A DNA stretch of 64,000 bases, from NCBI GenBank assembly GCA_027592645.1, contig JAQCKI010000001.1, positions 38,312 to 102,311 on the forward strand. The letters run 5' to 3'. The DNA comes from Chloroflexota bacterium. Its GTDB lineage: Bacteria; Chloroflexota; Dehalococcoidia; UBA2979. The first letter of the stretch is position 1. Each line of letters starts with the position of its first letter. The notes beneath the pieces were generated by a model, which saw only the letters and a list, made by a program, of their open reading frames with translations, made no database searches and was not told where the DNA came from. The position numbers and the translations under genes are program-made. Positions 1-9,457 of the stretch are shown one piece after another.

Positions 1-655
1 CGTAGTTGCGGACGGTCGCACCGATGCCCGCGAGGGCATCTTCCACGGTGACGCGGCCACGCGGCACGTCGTGCACGAATCGGTCGATGGCGCGCACGGT
101 CTCAGTTCGCGACCGCGAAGGCAGGTCGTGGACGATGGCGTCGATCTGCTCCATCGCGATGTCCGGCGCCTGCTCGCCGCGCAGTGCCGCCTCCACGACC
201 GCGCCGACACGGCGGATCGCCGCGTCGACCTCGGCGCGGTCGGCGTCGCCCTCCTGGAAGACGTGGACGTGCCCGCCTTCGAGCAGTTCGAGGCCGCGTG
301 CGGCCGCCACCACTGGCACCCCCGCGCGCACGTTCTCCACGACGATGTTCAGCAGCGCCTCTTCGAGGTGATAGCCGTTCACCAACGCCAGGTCGGCCCG
401 CACCACTTCACGCGGCACAGTCGTGGACGGCTGGTAGGCGTGCTCGTCGACGCCGAGGGGGATCAGGTTGATGACTTCCACCTGATCCCCGCCGATGCGC
501 TCGGCGAGTTCGCTCAGCAACGGGAACGTCGAGACGACGACGATGCGTCGATCGTCCTCCCCCGGCGCGCCTGCGGAGGGTGGCGCGTCGCCGGAGCACG
601 CCACGGGGAACGCAGCCAACGCGGCGAGCAGCATGAGCGTCAGGCGGTTGTTCAC
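1..655 (-). CDS. Metal (Zn/Mn) ABC transporter substrate-binding lipoprotein, ZnuA/TroA-like. Only the 5' part is in the window; the gene runs off the window start.
   Basis: Hand translation of the minus strand gives VNNRLTLMLLAALAAFPVACSG (signal peptide with a lipobox-like VAC) followed by ...RIVVVSTFPLLSELAERIGGDQVEVINLIPLGVDEHAYQPST...LVNGYHLEE...HVHVFQEG. The DEHxY and NGYHLEE motifs are typical of cluster-9 ZnuA/TroA binding proteins. It is absent from the ORF track because it has no stop inside the window; the 71..838 + ORF is its antisense shadow. The start could be GTG at 655 or ATG at 634. Confidence 0.6.
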   Translation of the reverse strand, partial: MNNRLTLMLLAALAAFPVACSGDAPPSAGAPGEDDRRIVVVSTFPLLSELAERIGGDQVEVINLIPLGVDEHAYQPSTTVPREVVRADLALVNGYHLEEALLNIVVENVRAGVPVVAAARGLELLEGGHVHVFQEGDADRAEVDAAIRRVGAVVEAALRGEQAPDIAMEQIDAIVHDLPSRSRTETVRAIDRFVHDVPRGRVTVEDALAGIGATVRNY

Positions 656-696
656 GGAGCATCCCCGGCAGCGCCTCGTCGAGGCACCGTCAGGCT

Positions 697-717
697 AACT
701 GAGCCACTGTCTCAGTT
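697..717. promoter_or_regulatory. Near-perfect 21-bp palindrome AACTGAGcCAcTGtCTCAGTT in the znuA promoter region. Candidate Zur/Fur-family operator.
   Basis: Seen directly in the sequence, about 42 bp upstream of the znuA-like start and downstream of the zur-like gene stop. The only strong dyad in this intergenic region. Confidence 0.35.
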
Positions 718-770
718 GCAACTCCGCCCAACCGAGCCGGTCGAGGGAAAGAAACTAGCAGGCGAGTGCT

Positions 771-1190
771 CTACGAAGTGCGTGCCTGGCAGGCCGGGCA
801 GCGGCCGTACACCTCGAAGCGGTGTGCCTCGACGGTGAAGCCCGTGCGTCGGGCGACCTCTGCGATGACGGCCTCGAGGTCGTCCGAGGAGAAGTCGCGC
901 ATCTCACTGCACTCCACGCAGAGCAGGTGGTGGTGATGCTCGTCGGGGGCCAGCCGGTAGGCGGTGGCACCATCCTCCAGCACCACCTGGCACACGACAT
1001 CCAGGTCCTGCAGCAGCTTCAGCGTGCGGAACACCGTCGCGCGGCCGACGGCGGGGGCGGCGTTCACCACGTCGTCCGCGGCGAAGTGGTCGCCGAGGCC
1101 GCTCATCACCTCCAGCAGCGCACGGCGCGGCCCGGTCAGCCGGTAGCCCCGGCGTGCCAGCGTCTGTTCGATAGCCTCGGCAGTCGTCAT
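771..1190 (-). CDS. Fur-family metalloregulator, probably Zur given the adjacent ZnuA-like gene.
   Basis: A 139-aa protein MTTAEAIEQTLARRGYRLTGPRRALLEVMSG...HHHHLLCVECSEMRDF...YGRCPACQ with a Fur-like HTH, a His-rich stretch and two CxxC pairs. The 771..2183 ORF in the track is an over-extension; the ATG at 1190 is the plausible start. Confidence 0.8.
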   Translation of the reverse strand: MTTAEAIEQTLARRGYRLTGPRRALLEVMSGLGDHFAADDVVNAAPAVGRATVFRTLKLLQDLDVVCQVVLEDGATAYRLAPDEHHHHLLCVECSEMRDFSSDDLEAVIAEVARRTGFTVEAHRFEVYGRCPACQARTS

Positions 1191-1256
1191 GGCACCATCG
1201 TCAGGGCCAGCGCGGGGGACTGTCAACGCAAGGCCGGACAGGAGACAATGGGTTGA

Positions 1257-2447
1257 ATGACACTCCAACGCTGGCGGGTGGCTCTCTGGCTCCTGACGCT
1301 CGCTCTGGCCCTCCTGGTTGCCTGGAACGCGCGCGGGACACTGTTCCCCTTCCTGCTGGGCGCCATCTTCGCGTACGCCCTCTCCCCGATCGTGGATTGG
1401 CTGGAGCGCTATGTACCGCCCCGCGGTGAGCGGCGCGAGACCGTGCGCCGCGGCCTGGCCGTCATGCTCATCTACTTGGCCGTGTTCGGTAGCGTTGGTA
1501 CTGCGGGCGTGCTGCTGGCACCGACCGCCATCGATCAGGCGACCCGATTCGTGGACGAGTTGCCGGGGTTCATTGATGGGGCGCGAGAGCAGCTCAATAC
1601 GTGGGTGGACGACACCCGCGGCCGCCTGCCTGTCGAGGTCACCAGAGAGATGGACCGCAGTACGGCCGAGTTCTCCTCGCTGCTTTCGGATGCAGCGGTG
1701 GCCGGTCTGAAGCGCACGGCCGGCGTGCTGACCGGCAGCCTCGGGATGCTGTTCGGCTTCGCGATTGTCCCGTTCTGGATGTTCTACGCGATGCGCGACC
1801 GCCACCTCATGGAACGCAGTCTGCTGCGGGCCGTTCCCCCATCGCTGCAACCGGATGTCCAGAACGTCGCCCGCATGGCGGATCGCCTCGTCAGCCGCTA
1901 CATCCGAGGCCAGTTGTTCCTGGGCCTGATCGTCGGCGTCGCGGTGGGTGCCGGGCTGACGCTCATGAATGTCGAACTGGCGCTGGGCTTGGGCGTGTGG
2001 GCGGGGATCACCGAATTGATCCCGATCGTCGGCCCGTGGCTGGGCGCGGCGGCGGGCCTGATCATCGTGGCAGCCACAGACCCGGACAAGATCATCTGGG
2101 TGGCGTTGCTGTACTTCGCCATCCAACAACTGGAGAACAACCTGCTGGTCCCGCGGATCCAGGGGCAGGCCGTGGATATGCATCCCGCAGCGGTGGTCAT
2201 GCTGCTCGCCATCGCGGGAGCGGTGTGGGGACTGCTGGGCATGCTGGTGGTGATCCCGATGGCGGCGATCCTGCGAGAGATCTTCTGGTACTCAGACCGC
2301 CGGCTGCGCGGAGAAACGCCGGAGCGTGCCTTCCACCAGAGCGGTGTGAACAGGCACCTGCGCGGCCTGGCGCGGGAGGCGCGTATGAACGGAGCGCCCG
2401 TCGATGCGACCGCGACCCCACCGGAGCAGGCCACGCCCGGGTCGTAG
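1257..2447 (+). CDS. AI-2E family transporter (UPF0118 / PerM-like membrane protein).
   Basis: 396 aa with multiple TM segments; the conserved AI-2E-type core is ...ELIPIVGPWLGAAAGLIIVA...LLYFAIQQLENNLLVPRIQG. Confidence 0.8.
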   Translation: MTLQRWRVALWLLTLALALLVAWNARGTLFPFLLGAIFAYALSPIVDWLERYVPPRGERRETVRRGLAVMLIYLAVFGSVGTAGVLLAPTAIDQATRFVDELPGFIDGAREQLNTWVDDTRGRLPVEVTREMDRSTAEFSSLLSDAAVAGLKRTAGVLTGSLGMLFGFAIVPFWMFYAMRDRHLMERSLLRAVPPSLQPDVQNVARMADRLVSRYIRGQLFLGLIVGVAVGAGLTLMNVELALGLGVWAGITELIPIVGPWLGAAAGLIIVAATDPDKIIWVALLYFAIQQLENNLLVPRIQGQAVDMHPAAVVMLLAIAGAVWGLLGMLVVIPMAAILREIFWYSDRRLRGETPERAFHQSGVNRHLRGLAREARMNGAPVDATATPPEQATPGS

Positions 2448-2463
2448 CGCGGTCGCGCTGCTG

Positions 2464-3312
2464 CTACGGGAAGAGGTCGACGGCCGTCCGCAACTGCGCC
2501 TGCAGCAGGATCGGTCCCTGCGCCGCGCTGCCTGAGGCGGCAATCACGTACACGTACGTGGGATCGCCACCGGCCTCGGTGTCCAGGATCAACTGCGCGA
2601 TGCCAGAGATATCCGGCAGGAACGATGCCGCCGAGTTCAACCGCCCGAGCGCGTCCTCCACGACGACGTGGTACGTGGCCCCCACCGGAAGGGGCGGCAG
2701 GCCTGAGAGCAGCACCGCGGCCGTCTGGTTCACGTCGCTCCACAGGTACTCGCCTGTAGCGCCATGTGCGGCAGTGGTGGGCTGGAACGGCACGCGAACC
2801 GCTTCCGCATCGCCCTGGGCCGCGATCAATGCCTGCTGATCGCGCAACGCCGTCTCCAACTGCACGCCCAACGATTCTGCCTGGATGACGCTCGCGGCCG
2901 AGCGGTCGATCGCGTCCAACCGCCGGGCGTCCGACTCCACGATCGCGGCGAGCGTCCGCGTCTCTTCACGCAACGTGCTCACCGAGGTCTGCAGGCCCAC
3001 GGCCCACATCGTGACGATCGCGAGCGCCGCGGCCATGCCTGCCATGGGCGCGTGACGACGCCAGCGCGCGGGCGAGTGCCAGGTGAGGCCGTTGCGGCGC
3101 GCGGCGGCGATGACGCGCTCGCGCAGGCCGGGGTCTGCCCGGCGCATTGGCACGGACAACGCGATCAGGTCAGCGATCTCCACATAGGCGGCGTACTCGG
3201 CCGCGGCGGCCTCGTCCGTGCGGATCAGGCGGGCGGCGTCACGCGCGTCCGGCTCGCTGAGCGTGCCGAGCGCGTGGCCGGAGAGCAGGGCTTCACGTTC
3301 CTCGGGCGTCAC
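2464..3312 (-). CDS. Anti-sigma factor (RskA-like, single TM) cognate to the upstream ECF sigma.
   Basis: 282 aa. The N-terminal cytoplasmic anti-sigma helix domain (MTPEEREALLSGHALGTLSEPDARDAARLI...) is followed by a TM segment (MAGMAAALAIVTMWAVGL) and an extracytoplasmic domain. The stop/start overlaps the sigma gene (GTGA). Confidence 0.6.
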   Translation of the reverse strand: MTPEEREALLSGHALGTLSEPDARDAARLIRTDEAAAAEYAAYVEIADLIALSVPMRRADPGLRERVIAAARRNGLTWHSPARWRRHAPMAGMAAALAIVTMWAVGLQTSVSTLREETRTLAAIVESDARRLDAIDRSAASVIQAESLGVQLETALRDQQALIAAQGDAEAVRVPFQPTTAAHGATGEYLWSDVNQTAAVLLSGLPPLPVGATYHVVVEDALGRLNSAASFLPDISGIAQLILDTEAGGDPTYVYVIAASGSAAQGPILLQAQLRTAVDLFP

Positions 3313-4010
3313 GCCTCGGCCTCTCCCTCAACGAGTTGTGCGGCAGGGTGGCGACCGTCCGCCACAAACTCCGCCAGTGACTCTCGCAACTTCCGCATCC
3401 CGAGCCGGATGCGCGTCTTCACCGTACCCAGCGGATCGCCCGTGCGCTCCGCGATCTCGATCTGCGTCAGCCCGCCGAAGTAGGCGAGTTCAATCACCCG
3501 TCGCTGCTCCGGTGGTAGCCGCGTCATCGCCGCTCGTACGGCGACCCGTTGCTCCGCCAGTTCTGCGCCCAGCGCCGGGTCGTCCAGCCGATCCGCGGTC
3601 GCCAGGCCCGACACCGGGTCGTCGTCTTGATCCTCCGACCGCAGACGACGCGTCACCTTCCTCAGTTCATCCAGCGCGCGGTTGCGCGTCACAGACATCA
3701 GCCAGGAGACAAACCGCCCGCGAGCGGGGTCGTACGAAGTGGGCTGTCGCCACACCCGCAGGAACACCTCCTGCGCCACGTCCTGCGCCAGCTGGTTGTC
3801 CCGCAGCACCCGGAAGGCCACGGAGAAGACAAGCGCGGAGTAGCGGTCGTACAGGTCCTCCAGCGCCCGGATCTCGCGGCGCGCGATCGCCTCCATCAGC
3901 GCGACATCGTCAGGTGGCTCCGCCGGACGAAGATCGTCGCTACCTGGAGTTACGTCGCGAAGGGCCGAACGGATTGCCGGGCGCGGCCGCTTTGGCGCCG
4001 GTTTCGTCAA
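3309..4010 (-). CDS. ECF-type RNA polymerase sigma-70 factor.
   Basis: Sigma70 region 2 (DLYDRYSALVFSVAFRVLRDNQLAQDVAQEVFLRVW) and region 4 (RRVIELAYFGGLTQIEIAERTGDPLGTVKTRIRLGMRKL). The likely true start is MEAIARRE at about 3896. Confidence 0.8.
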   Translation of the reverse strand: MTKPAPKRPRPAIRSALRDVTPGSDDLRPAEPPDDVALMEAIARREIRALEDLYDRYSALVFSVAFRVLRDNQLAQDVAQEVFLRVWRQPTSYDPARGRFVSWLMSVTRNRALDELRKVTRRLRSEDQDDDPVSGLATADRLDDPALGAELAEQRVAVRAAMTRLPPEQRRVIELAYFGGLTQIEIAERTGDPLGTVKTRIRLGMRKLRESLAEFVADGRHPAAQLVEGEAEA

Positions 4011-4097
4011 CAGAAGGCCTCCCTGGTCGCGGGGAGCGGGGCAGGGCCGGGTTCGATGGGATCATACGCTGCCGGACGGCGCGTGTGGGCGGTGCGC

Positions 4098-4925
4098 CTA
4101 GACAGCGGCGCCGGTGGTGAAGAGCAGGCCGCGCGCCAGCACCTCGCCCGCCAGCACGAAGCCCAGAGCGATATAGAGCAGGCCGGTGGCGGACATCATG
4201 CCGCGGATCTGCGCCGCCTTGAACGCCAGCCAGACGGCGCCCAGCGGGAACAACAGCCCGGCCCCCACGCGGAGCCAGTAGGCGTAGTTCTGCGCCAGGC
4301 CGGCCTCTGACCCACCCAGCGGCACCACGCTCGGCGGGATGAGGGTGCCCGCGACGACCAGCACCACCTGCAGCAGCAGCGCGCCGAACACCACCAGCGC
4401 CATCTGCTCCATCGGCTCCTTCGGCAGGCGGCCAGAGGTCAGGTACCAATGCCCCCAGACCATTGCCATGTTCGCGGTGCCCAGCACGGCGGTGGAGGCG
4501 AGCACGCTGAGCAGCATCCCGACGACCGACCATGCCGCCGGGGCCACGAGCATCCCCAGCGCCAGTACCGCGCCGATGCCGACCACTGAGCCAGCCGCGC
4601 CCAGCAGAATGCCACCCCGATGATGCTCCCGCATTGCTGCCACCAGGTGCAGGATCGCGACGAGCAGGAATAGCGCCAGCAGCACGCCGGCTGGGCGGAA
4701 CCACGAGGTATCCAGCGGGTAGCCGTCCACCTCCGACACGTTCTGGAGCGACATGAACGCCCACAGCGCCAGCGCGGCGAACGGCACCACCGTCAGCGCA
4801 CCCGCCTTCACGTAGCCCAGCGTCACCTGGCGACGCGCGTCGAACACCGTCAGCATCGCGAGCGAGCCCACGGCCAGCTCGACGAGCAACAACAGCACGG
4901 TGTACGGAAGGGATGCGGCGCTCAC
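4098..4925 (-). CDS. Polytopic membrane protein of unknown function.
   Basis: About 8 hydrophobic helices. GTG start at 4925; the 4098..5042 ORF is over-extended. Confidence 0.5.
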   Translation of the reverse strand: MSAASLPYTVLLLLVELAVGSLAMLTVFDARRQVTLGYVKAGALTVVPFAALALWAFMSLQNVSEVDGYPLDTSWFRPAGVLLALFLLVAILHLVAAMREHHRGGILLGAAGSVVGIGAVLALGMLVAPAAWSVVGMLLSVLASTAVLGTANMAMVWGHWYLTSGRLPKEPMEQMALVVFGALLLQVVLVVAGTLIPPSVVPLGGSEAGLAQNYAYWLRVGAGLLFPLGAVWLAFKAAQIRGMMSATGLLYIALGFVLAGEVLARGLLFTTGAAV

Positions 4926-5437
4926 GCGGCCATCGTCGGGCTGGCGGATCGCTGGGTCAACGAATCGAGTGGAACGAGGCACGCGTCCGCCCGCACGTAG
5001 AGCGGGTGGCGGGGCTGGCCGCCAGTCGTGACGCCCAGGCACGCCACGCTAGGAGGCAGAAGCCATCGGACGGCCTCGACGCGTCCGCGGAGCGCCCGAG
5101 GCGGCACGCCCCACGCCGCCACCACCGCGTCCGCCCGGCGGAGCGCGCGGCGGATCGCGTGGTTGTTTCGTCGCCCCACCGGGTCGGCGGCCTCTAAGAG
5201 CGCCCGCGGATCGGTGGCACGGTGCGCGCACAGATTCACCACCTCCAGCGCGCCGAAGCCCCACGAGCGAGACAGCGCGATACAGCGGCGGATCGTTGCG
5301 TCGTCCCGGTACGCATCGGCGGTGGAGGGGTTGAGCATCACCCACGCGACCACAGGCCCCGGCCCCCAGCGCCGGCTGAGCGAGTAGCGATAGCGGCGAT
5401 CGCGCGAGAACGTCGCGCGGCGATCAATCTCGTCCAC
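4922..5437 (-). CDS. DUF1643 domain-containing protein.
   Basis: RDRRYRYSLSRRWGP...VAWVMLNPSTADAYRDDATIRRCIALS matches the DUF1643 signature (YRYxLxRxW ... LNPSTAD ... DPTIRRC). Confidence 0.7.
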   Translation of the reverse strand: MDEIDRRATFSRDRRYRYSLSRRWGPGPVVAWVMLNPSTADAYRDDATIRRCIALSRSWGFGALEVVNLCAHRATDPRALLEAADPVGRRNNHAIRRALRRADAVVAAWGVPPRALRGRVEAVRWLLPPSVACLGVTTGGQPRHPLYVRADACLVPLDSLTQRSASPTMAA

Positions 5438-5486
5438 GGAGAGCCTCCCGAGACGGATGCTACCGGCCGGCCAGTGACGCCGGGGA

Positions 5487-6053
5487 TTGCGGGGGGACGG
5501 TGGCAGGGCGCACCATCCCTACATGCCTCAATACCTCGCCGCCCAGTACGGAGACCGCCGGCGCTATCTGGTGAAGGCGCTCCGTGAGATCTCGCACCGC
5601 ACCACCCGACTCGTCGAGGGGATGCGGAAGCGCGACCTGGAGGCGCCGATCCCGGATGACGAGTGGAACGTGGCCCAGATCGTGGGCTTCCTGCGCGACT
5701 CGGAGCGGGAGGACCTGCTCGCCCTGCGGATCATGACGCGCGTCGACGGTGACCCGATCGAGGAGCGCCGCGCGATCCACAGTCCGCAGGAGGAGCGCTT
5801 CCGTGCCAGGGACGTGGACGAATTGCTGTGGGAGTTCCTGACGCTGCGCGAGGAGACCGTCTGGCTGCTCGCGGACGCCGGCTCTGCCTGGAACCACGTG
5901 GGTGTCCACCCGTTCCGTGGCGAGGTGACCGTGTTCACGTGGGTCCAGGAGATGAACGAGCGCGACCTGGACTGCATGTGGCGGATTCAGCGCGCCCGTG
6001 ACGCCTTCCGTCCGCCCGGCGCACCGATGATGGCCGGCGCGCCCGACGTGTAG
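5487..6053 (+). CDS. DinB-family (DinB_2-like) damage-inducible protein.
   Basis: ...WNVAQIVGFLRDSEREDLLALRI...HPFRGEVTVFTWVQEMNERDLDCMWRI; four-helix-bundle metal-binding family. The start may be the ATG at 5523. Confidence 0.55.
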   Translation: MRGDGGRAHHPYMPQYLAAQYGDRRRYLVKALREISHRTTRLVEGMRKRDLEAPIPDDEWNVAQIVGFLRDSEREDLLALRIMTRVDGDPIEERRAIHSPQEERFRARDVDELLWEFLTLREETVWLLADAGSAWNHVGVHPFRGEVTVFTWVQEMNERDLDCMWRIQRARDAFRPPGAPMMAGAPDV

Positions 6054-6057
6054 CGCG

Positions 6058-7866
6058 CTACCAGGACGGTGTCGCCAGGACCTCGTCCACTGCGGCCAGC
6101 AACGACTCTGGCTGCACCACCGCCTGCGAGCAGATCTGTCCAGTGCAGACGTAGGCGACCTTGACCGCATCGCGCGGGATGCCCAGCGAGTAGAACAGCA
6201 GGTCGTCCTGCTCCGGGTTCAGCCGCTGCACGGTGCGGGATGCCAGCGGCAATCGCAGCGCAGCGTGGTGGAGCGGGTCGGCCACCCGGTCGGGCTCGCC
6301 GGCCGGCCACTCCGAGACGATCTTGAACTCCGGCTCTGCGGAGAGCAGCCGGTCCGTCACGCGGGCGAAGTCGGCGGCGGCCAGCCCGCGCGCCTCGATG
6401 CCGTGCGCGAACGCGCCGAGCACGTCCGCGGCGGTGCCGATGTACCGCGCATCGTGGGTCAGCCGCGCCAGCGTCAGGAAGCCCTCCGCCGCGGCGACGT
6501 TCGCCTCCAGCGGCACGAGCGGTTCGGCCAGCAGCGCCGTGTCCTCGTGGTCGAAGGGCACGTCGCGGAAGCCGATGCCCGGCTCCAGCCAGCCATCGTC
6601 CATGACCCGCGCCAGCCAGCGTGCGTGATCCAGGTAGGACGGCTGTCCGGTCACCTCGTACGCATCGATCAGGGCCAGCAGCATCTGCGCCTGGTCATCC
6701 AGGATGCCGAGGAGGGACGGGCCACCATCAAAGGCGTGGTACATACCCGCCTGCCCGGCCCGCGCGTGCGTCAGCAGGAAGTCGACCGCGCGCAGGCCGT
6801 GGTCCATCCAGTCGCGCCGGTCGAAGGCCACCCCGGCGCCGATCAGGCCACGCGCCGCCACGGCGCACGAGCCGGTGAAGACCCGGTGATCCACGGGCGG
6901 CTCGTCGGATCTGCCGTCTTCGAACGCCTTCGGGGTCGCCTCGGGCGCGCGCTGAGCGTGGCCGATGCCGCCCTGCGCGTCGCTCAGCGTCCCGCCGAGG
7001 TAGTCCACGACGGCCTGCACGGTCTCGCGCTGCTCATCGCGCCAGTCGAGGTCGGAGAGCGCCAGTTCGCCGGCGACCTGCAGCAGCGCGCCTTGATCAC
7101 GGGCGTGCTTCTCGCGCACCGGCTGCGACCAGCCAGAGGCGACTGCGGCGTGGAAGATGCCGCCCTCCGGGTCGAACAGGCCGCCTTCGGTCATCGCAGA
7201 CCAGGTCGCCTTCGCGTGGTCGAGCGCGCCCTGGTGGCCGCGTCGATGGTGCGCGTACCGCCAGAGGCGGAGCGATGCGGCCTGCGGGAAACGCAAGGGA
7301 GCGCCGGGATCCACCACGCCGGGGACGCCCTCGTCGTAGCGCGAATCCACGTGCTCCACCGCGATGTCGAGGATGGCGGGCGTCAGGATGCCGGGGCTGC
7401 GCTGGGCGCGCGCTGCCGCACGCTCCGCGGCCCGCATCGCGCGCGCCGCCTCAATGCCCTGCACGACGCCGTCGCGGCGCATGTGCCAGTCGTCCAGCAT
7501 CGTCTCGAGCGCGGCTGCGATGGCCGGCGCGTCAGTCACGGGCACGTCGCCCATCACCTCCCCGTCCGGGGTCAGAATCGTGATCGCCGGGACGCTGCCA
7601 TCGCCGTAGCGGACGGCGATATCCGGGCGCTCGTCCACATCGACACGCATCGAGACGAAGCGGTCGGTGAGGAGTGCGGAGAGCATGGGATCGGCGAGCA
7701 AGGTGTCGGCGGCGCGCGATGCGTCGCTCCACCACGCCGTCAGGAACAGAAGGACAGGACGACCCTCACGCTGGGCGAGTGCGAAGGCTTCCGCACTCCA
7801 GTCATGCCAGCGGATGCCCGTGGCCTGTCCGGGTGCAATCGAGACCGGGAACGGTGCGTCACTCAT
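6058..7866 (-). CDS. Thioredoxin-domain protein, DUF255/YyaL family (Trx-like N-domain plus six-hairpin epimerase/glycosidase-like domain).
   Basis: 602 aa. The N-terminal IRWHDWSAEAFALAQREGRPVLLFLTAWWSDASR resembles the Trx-like fold of DUF255 but lacks CxxC. The long C-terminal alpha/alpha-toroid-like region contains ...LLALIDAYEVTG... Confidence 0.7.
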   Translation of the reverse strand: MSDAPFPVSIAPGQATGIRWHDWSAEAFALAQREGRPVLLFLTAWWSDASRAADTLLADPMLSALLTDRFVSMRVDVDERPDIAVRYGDGSVPAITILTPDGEVMGDVPVTDAPAIAAALETMLDDWHMRRDGVVQGIEAARAMRAAERAAARAQRSPGILTPAILDIAVEHVDSRYDEGVPGVVDPGAPLRFPQAASLRLWRYAHHRRGHQGALDHAKATWSAMTEGGLFDPEGGIFHAAVASGWSQPVREKHARDQGALLQVAGELALSDLDWRDEQRETVQAVVDYLGGTLSDAQGGIGHAQRAPEATPKAFEDGRSDEPPVDHRVFTGSCAVAARGLIGAGVAFDRRDWMDHGLRAVDFLLTHARAGQAGMYHAFDGGPSLLGILDDQAQMLLALIDAYEVTGQPSYLDHARWLARVMDDGWLEPGIGFRDVPFDHEDTALLAEPLVPLEANVAAAEGFLTLARLTHDARYIGTAADVLGAFAHGIEARGLAAADFARVTDRLLSAEPEFKIVSEWPAGEPDRVADPLHHAALRLPLASRTVQRLNPEQDDLLFYSLGIPRDAVKVAYVCTGQICSQAVVQPESLLAAVDEVLATPSW

Positions 7867-7947
7867 TCGTTCGCTCCGAACCGCATCGGCGGCATCTCTG
7901 CCTCATTGAGCGTAGCACCTTGTGCCGCCGCGCCCGGTGACAGGTGT

Positions 7948-8463
7948 CTAATCGCCTGCGCGAATCTCGGAAGCCAGATCCTTCACGAACAGCGACGATC
8001 CACCGCCGCGATCCCACGCTTCTTCGACACCGCCCAGCACGTAGCCGTGCCGCGCATAGAAACGTCGGGCTCGGTCATTGGCGTAGGAGGCCCAGAGTTC
8101 CACCTGCGGCGCGCCCAGAGCGCGCGCCCATGACTCCGCAGATTGCATCAGCGCATCCGCCATGCCACCTCCGCGCAGGTCATCGTCCAGCCACATCGAG
8201 GAAATGAACGCATCGTGAGGCGGCTCCGGCAGCGCGTTCACGTACACCATCCCGCCGAGCACGCCTTGGCCTCGATCGACGACGAACATCGCCTCATAGG
8301 CGCCGTCTGCAGCGCGGGTGGCACGGTCGTGCCAGACCTCATCGGGGTGCTCGGACGCCTCATCGAGCGTGGTGTGGTAGGCCTCGGGCGCCAGGCGGAG
8401 CGCGCGCAGGCGGACGCCTTTCAGCGCCATGCCCTCATCGGCGCGAATCTGTCGGACCTCCAT
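7948..8463 (-). CDS. GNAT family N-acetyltransferase.
   Basis: MEVRQIRADEGMALKGVRLRAL...WLDDDLRGGGMADALMQSAESWARALG...RFYARHGY; acetyl-CoA binding motif. Confidence 0.7.
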   Translation of the reverse strand: MEVRQIRADEGMALKGVRLRALRLAPEAYHTTLDEASEHPDEVWHDRATRAADGAYEAMFVVDRGQGVLGGMVYVNALPEPPHDAFISSMWLDDDLRGGGMADALMQSAESWARALGAPQVELWASYANDRARRFYARHGYVLGGVEEAWDRGGGSSLFVKDLASEIRAGD

Positions 8464-8474
8464 CGCACACCTCC

Positions 8475-9005
8475 CTAGATTCCGAGGTCGTCCTTTCCGA
8501 GCAACGCGCGCGCCAGCGAGCAGCGGCCGAGATGTCCGTTCCCGTGACTCAGGATGACCTGCAGGACGTGCTCCATGCGGGGCTGTTCGCCCCACGGCCG
8601 CAGCATCACGGGAGTAGCGAGGTATTCGGGGGTCATGGCAGCCAGGCGGGGTAGTACCACGTCACGCACCGCCTCGATGTATGCAGCGAAGTCGGCGGGC
8701 GGTGGGAAGCGCAGTGCGCGCGCCTCTTCATCCGTCATGCCGGTGCCCTGCGCCACCTTCGGTAGACCGAAGCGCGCATCGAAGCGGTCGCGCAGCCACA
8801 CCGGCTGCTCCCGGTCGAAGACAAAGAACAGCACGTTGTCCGCGGTGCGCACCACGTGCCAGATGTCCCAGCCGATCGAGTGCGCTCGGTCGTTGGGCTG
8901 GTGGTTCAGTTCCTCGGGGGTGAGGTCAATGACCGCACGGATGCAGTTGTCCAGCAGTCGGCCGACGTGCAACGACAACTGGGTGGAGACCGTCGCGTCC
9001 GCCAT
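8475..9005 (-). CDS. DinB_2 / YfiT-like putative metal-dependent hydrolase.
   Basis: ...LHVGRLLDNCIRAVIDLTPEELNHQP...HVLQVILSHGNGHLGRCSLARALLG; His triad of the DinB/YfiT fold. Confidence 0.55.
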   Translation of the reverse strand: MADATVSTQLSLHVGRLLDNCIRAVIDLTPEELNHQPNDRAHSIGWDIWHVVRTADNVLFFVFDREQPVWLRDRFDARFGLPKVAQGTGMTDEEARALRFPPPADFAAYIEAVRDVVLPRLAAMTPEYLATPVMLRPWGEQPRMEHVLQVILSHGNGHLGRCSLARALLGKDDLGI

Positions 9006-9025
9006 CGTCGTCGTCCCCTCTGCGG

Positions 9026-9436
9026 CTAGCCTCGCCGCGATCGTGTGATGAACAGCAGTCCGATGGCGACCAGGGCGACGATCCAGAGCATCTGGAATCC
9101 ACCCCACCCGAGCGCGGGCATTCGCAGCCCGATGCCGCCGCGCCCCAGCACCCAGATGAACGCGAGCCCGACCAGGCTCACGCCGATCAGCAGTGAAAGA
9201 TCGGTGTTGCCACCGCCCGAGCGCGTCACCGTCGACCCGTCACTCTCCGGAACGACGATCCACAGCAGGCCATACGCCAGCACGATCGGCCCCAGGAAGG
9301 ACAGCAACGCCAGCACGGCGACGCCGAGGCGGACGAGCGTGGGATCCACGTCCAGGTACTCCGCGATGCCGCCACAGACGCCAGCGATCTTGCGATCTTG
9401 GCTGCGCAACAGACGTCGGGGGGTGCTACCGGCCAC
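9026..9436 (-). CDS. PspC-domain membrane protein (phage-shock protein C-like).
   Basis: RLLRSQDRKIAGVCGGIAEYLDVDPTLVRLGVAVLALLSFLGPIVLAYGLLWIVVPE is a canonical PspC domain. Confidence 0.75.
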   Translation of the reverse strand: MAGSTPRRLLRSQDRKIAGVCGGIAEYLDVDPTLVRLGVAVLALLSFLGPIVLAYGLLWIVVPESDGSTVTRSGGGNTDLSLLIGVSLVGLAFIWVLGRGGIGLRMPALGWGGFQMLWIVALVAIGLLFITRSRRG

Positions 9437-9457
9437 GCTGGCTCGCCTTTCCGCGGG

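Noticed and set aside
71-838. 255-aa plus-strand ORF at the window start.
   Set aside because: Antisense shadow of the ZnuA-like gene; the minus frame gives a clean solute-binding protein.
771-2183. 470-aa minus-strand ORF.
   Set aside because: Only the C-terminal 139 aa are the Fur-family protein. The extension overlaps the AI-2E transporter on the other strand.
6265-8133. 622-aa plus-strand ORF.
   Set aside because: Antisense shadow of the DUF255 gene. Arg/Asp/His-rich low-complexity translation, typical of the high-GC opposite strand.
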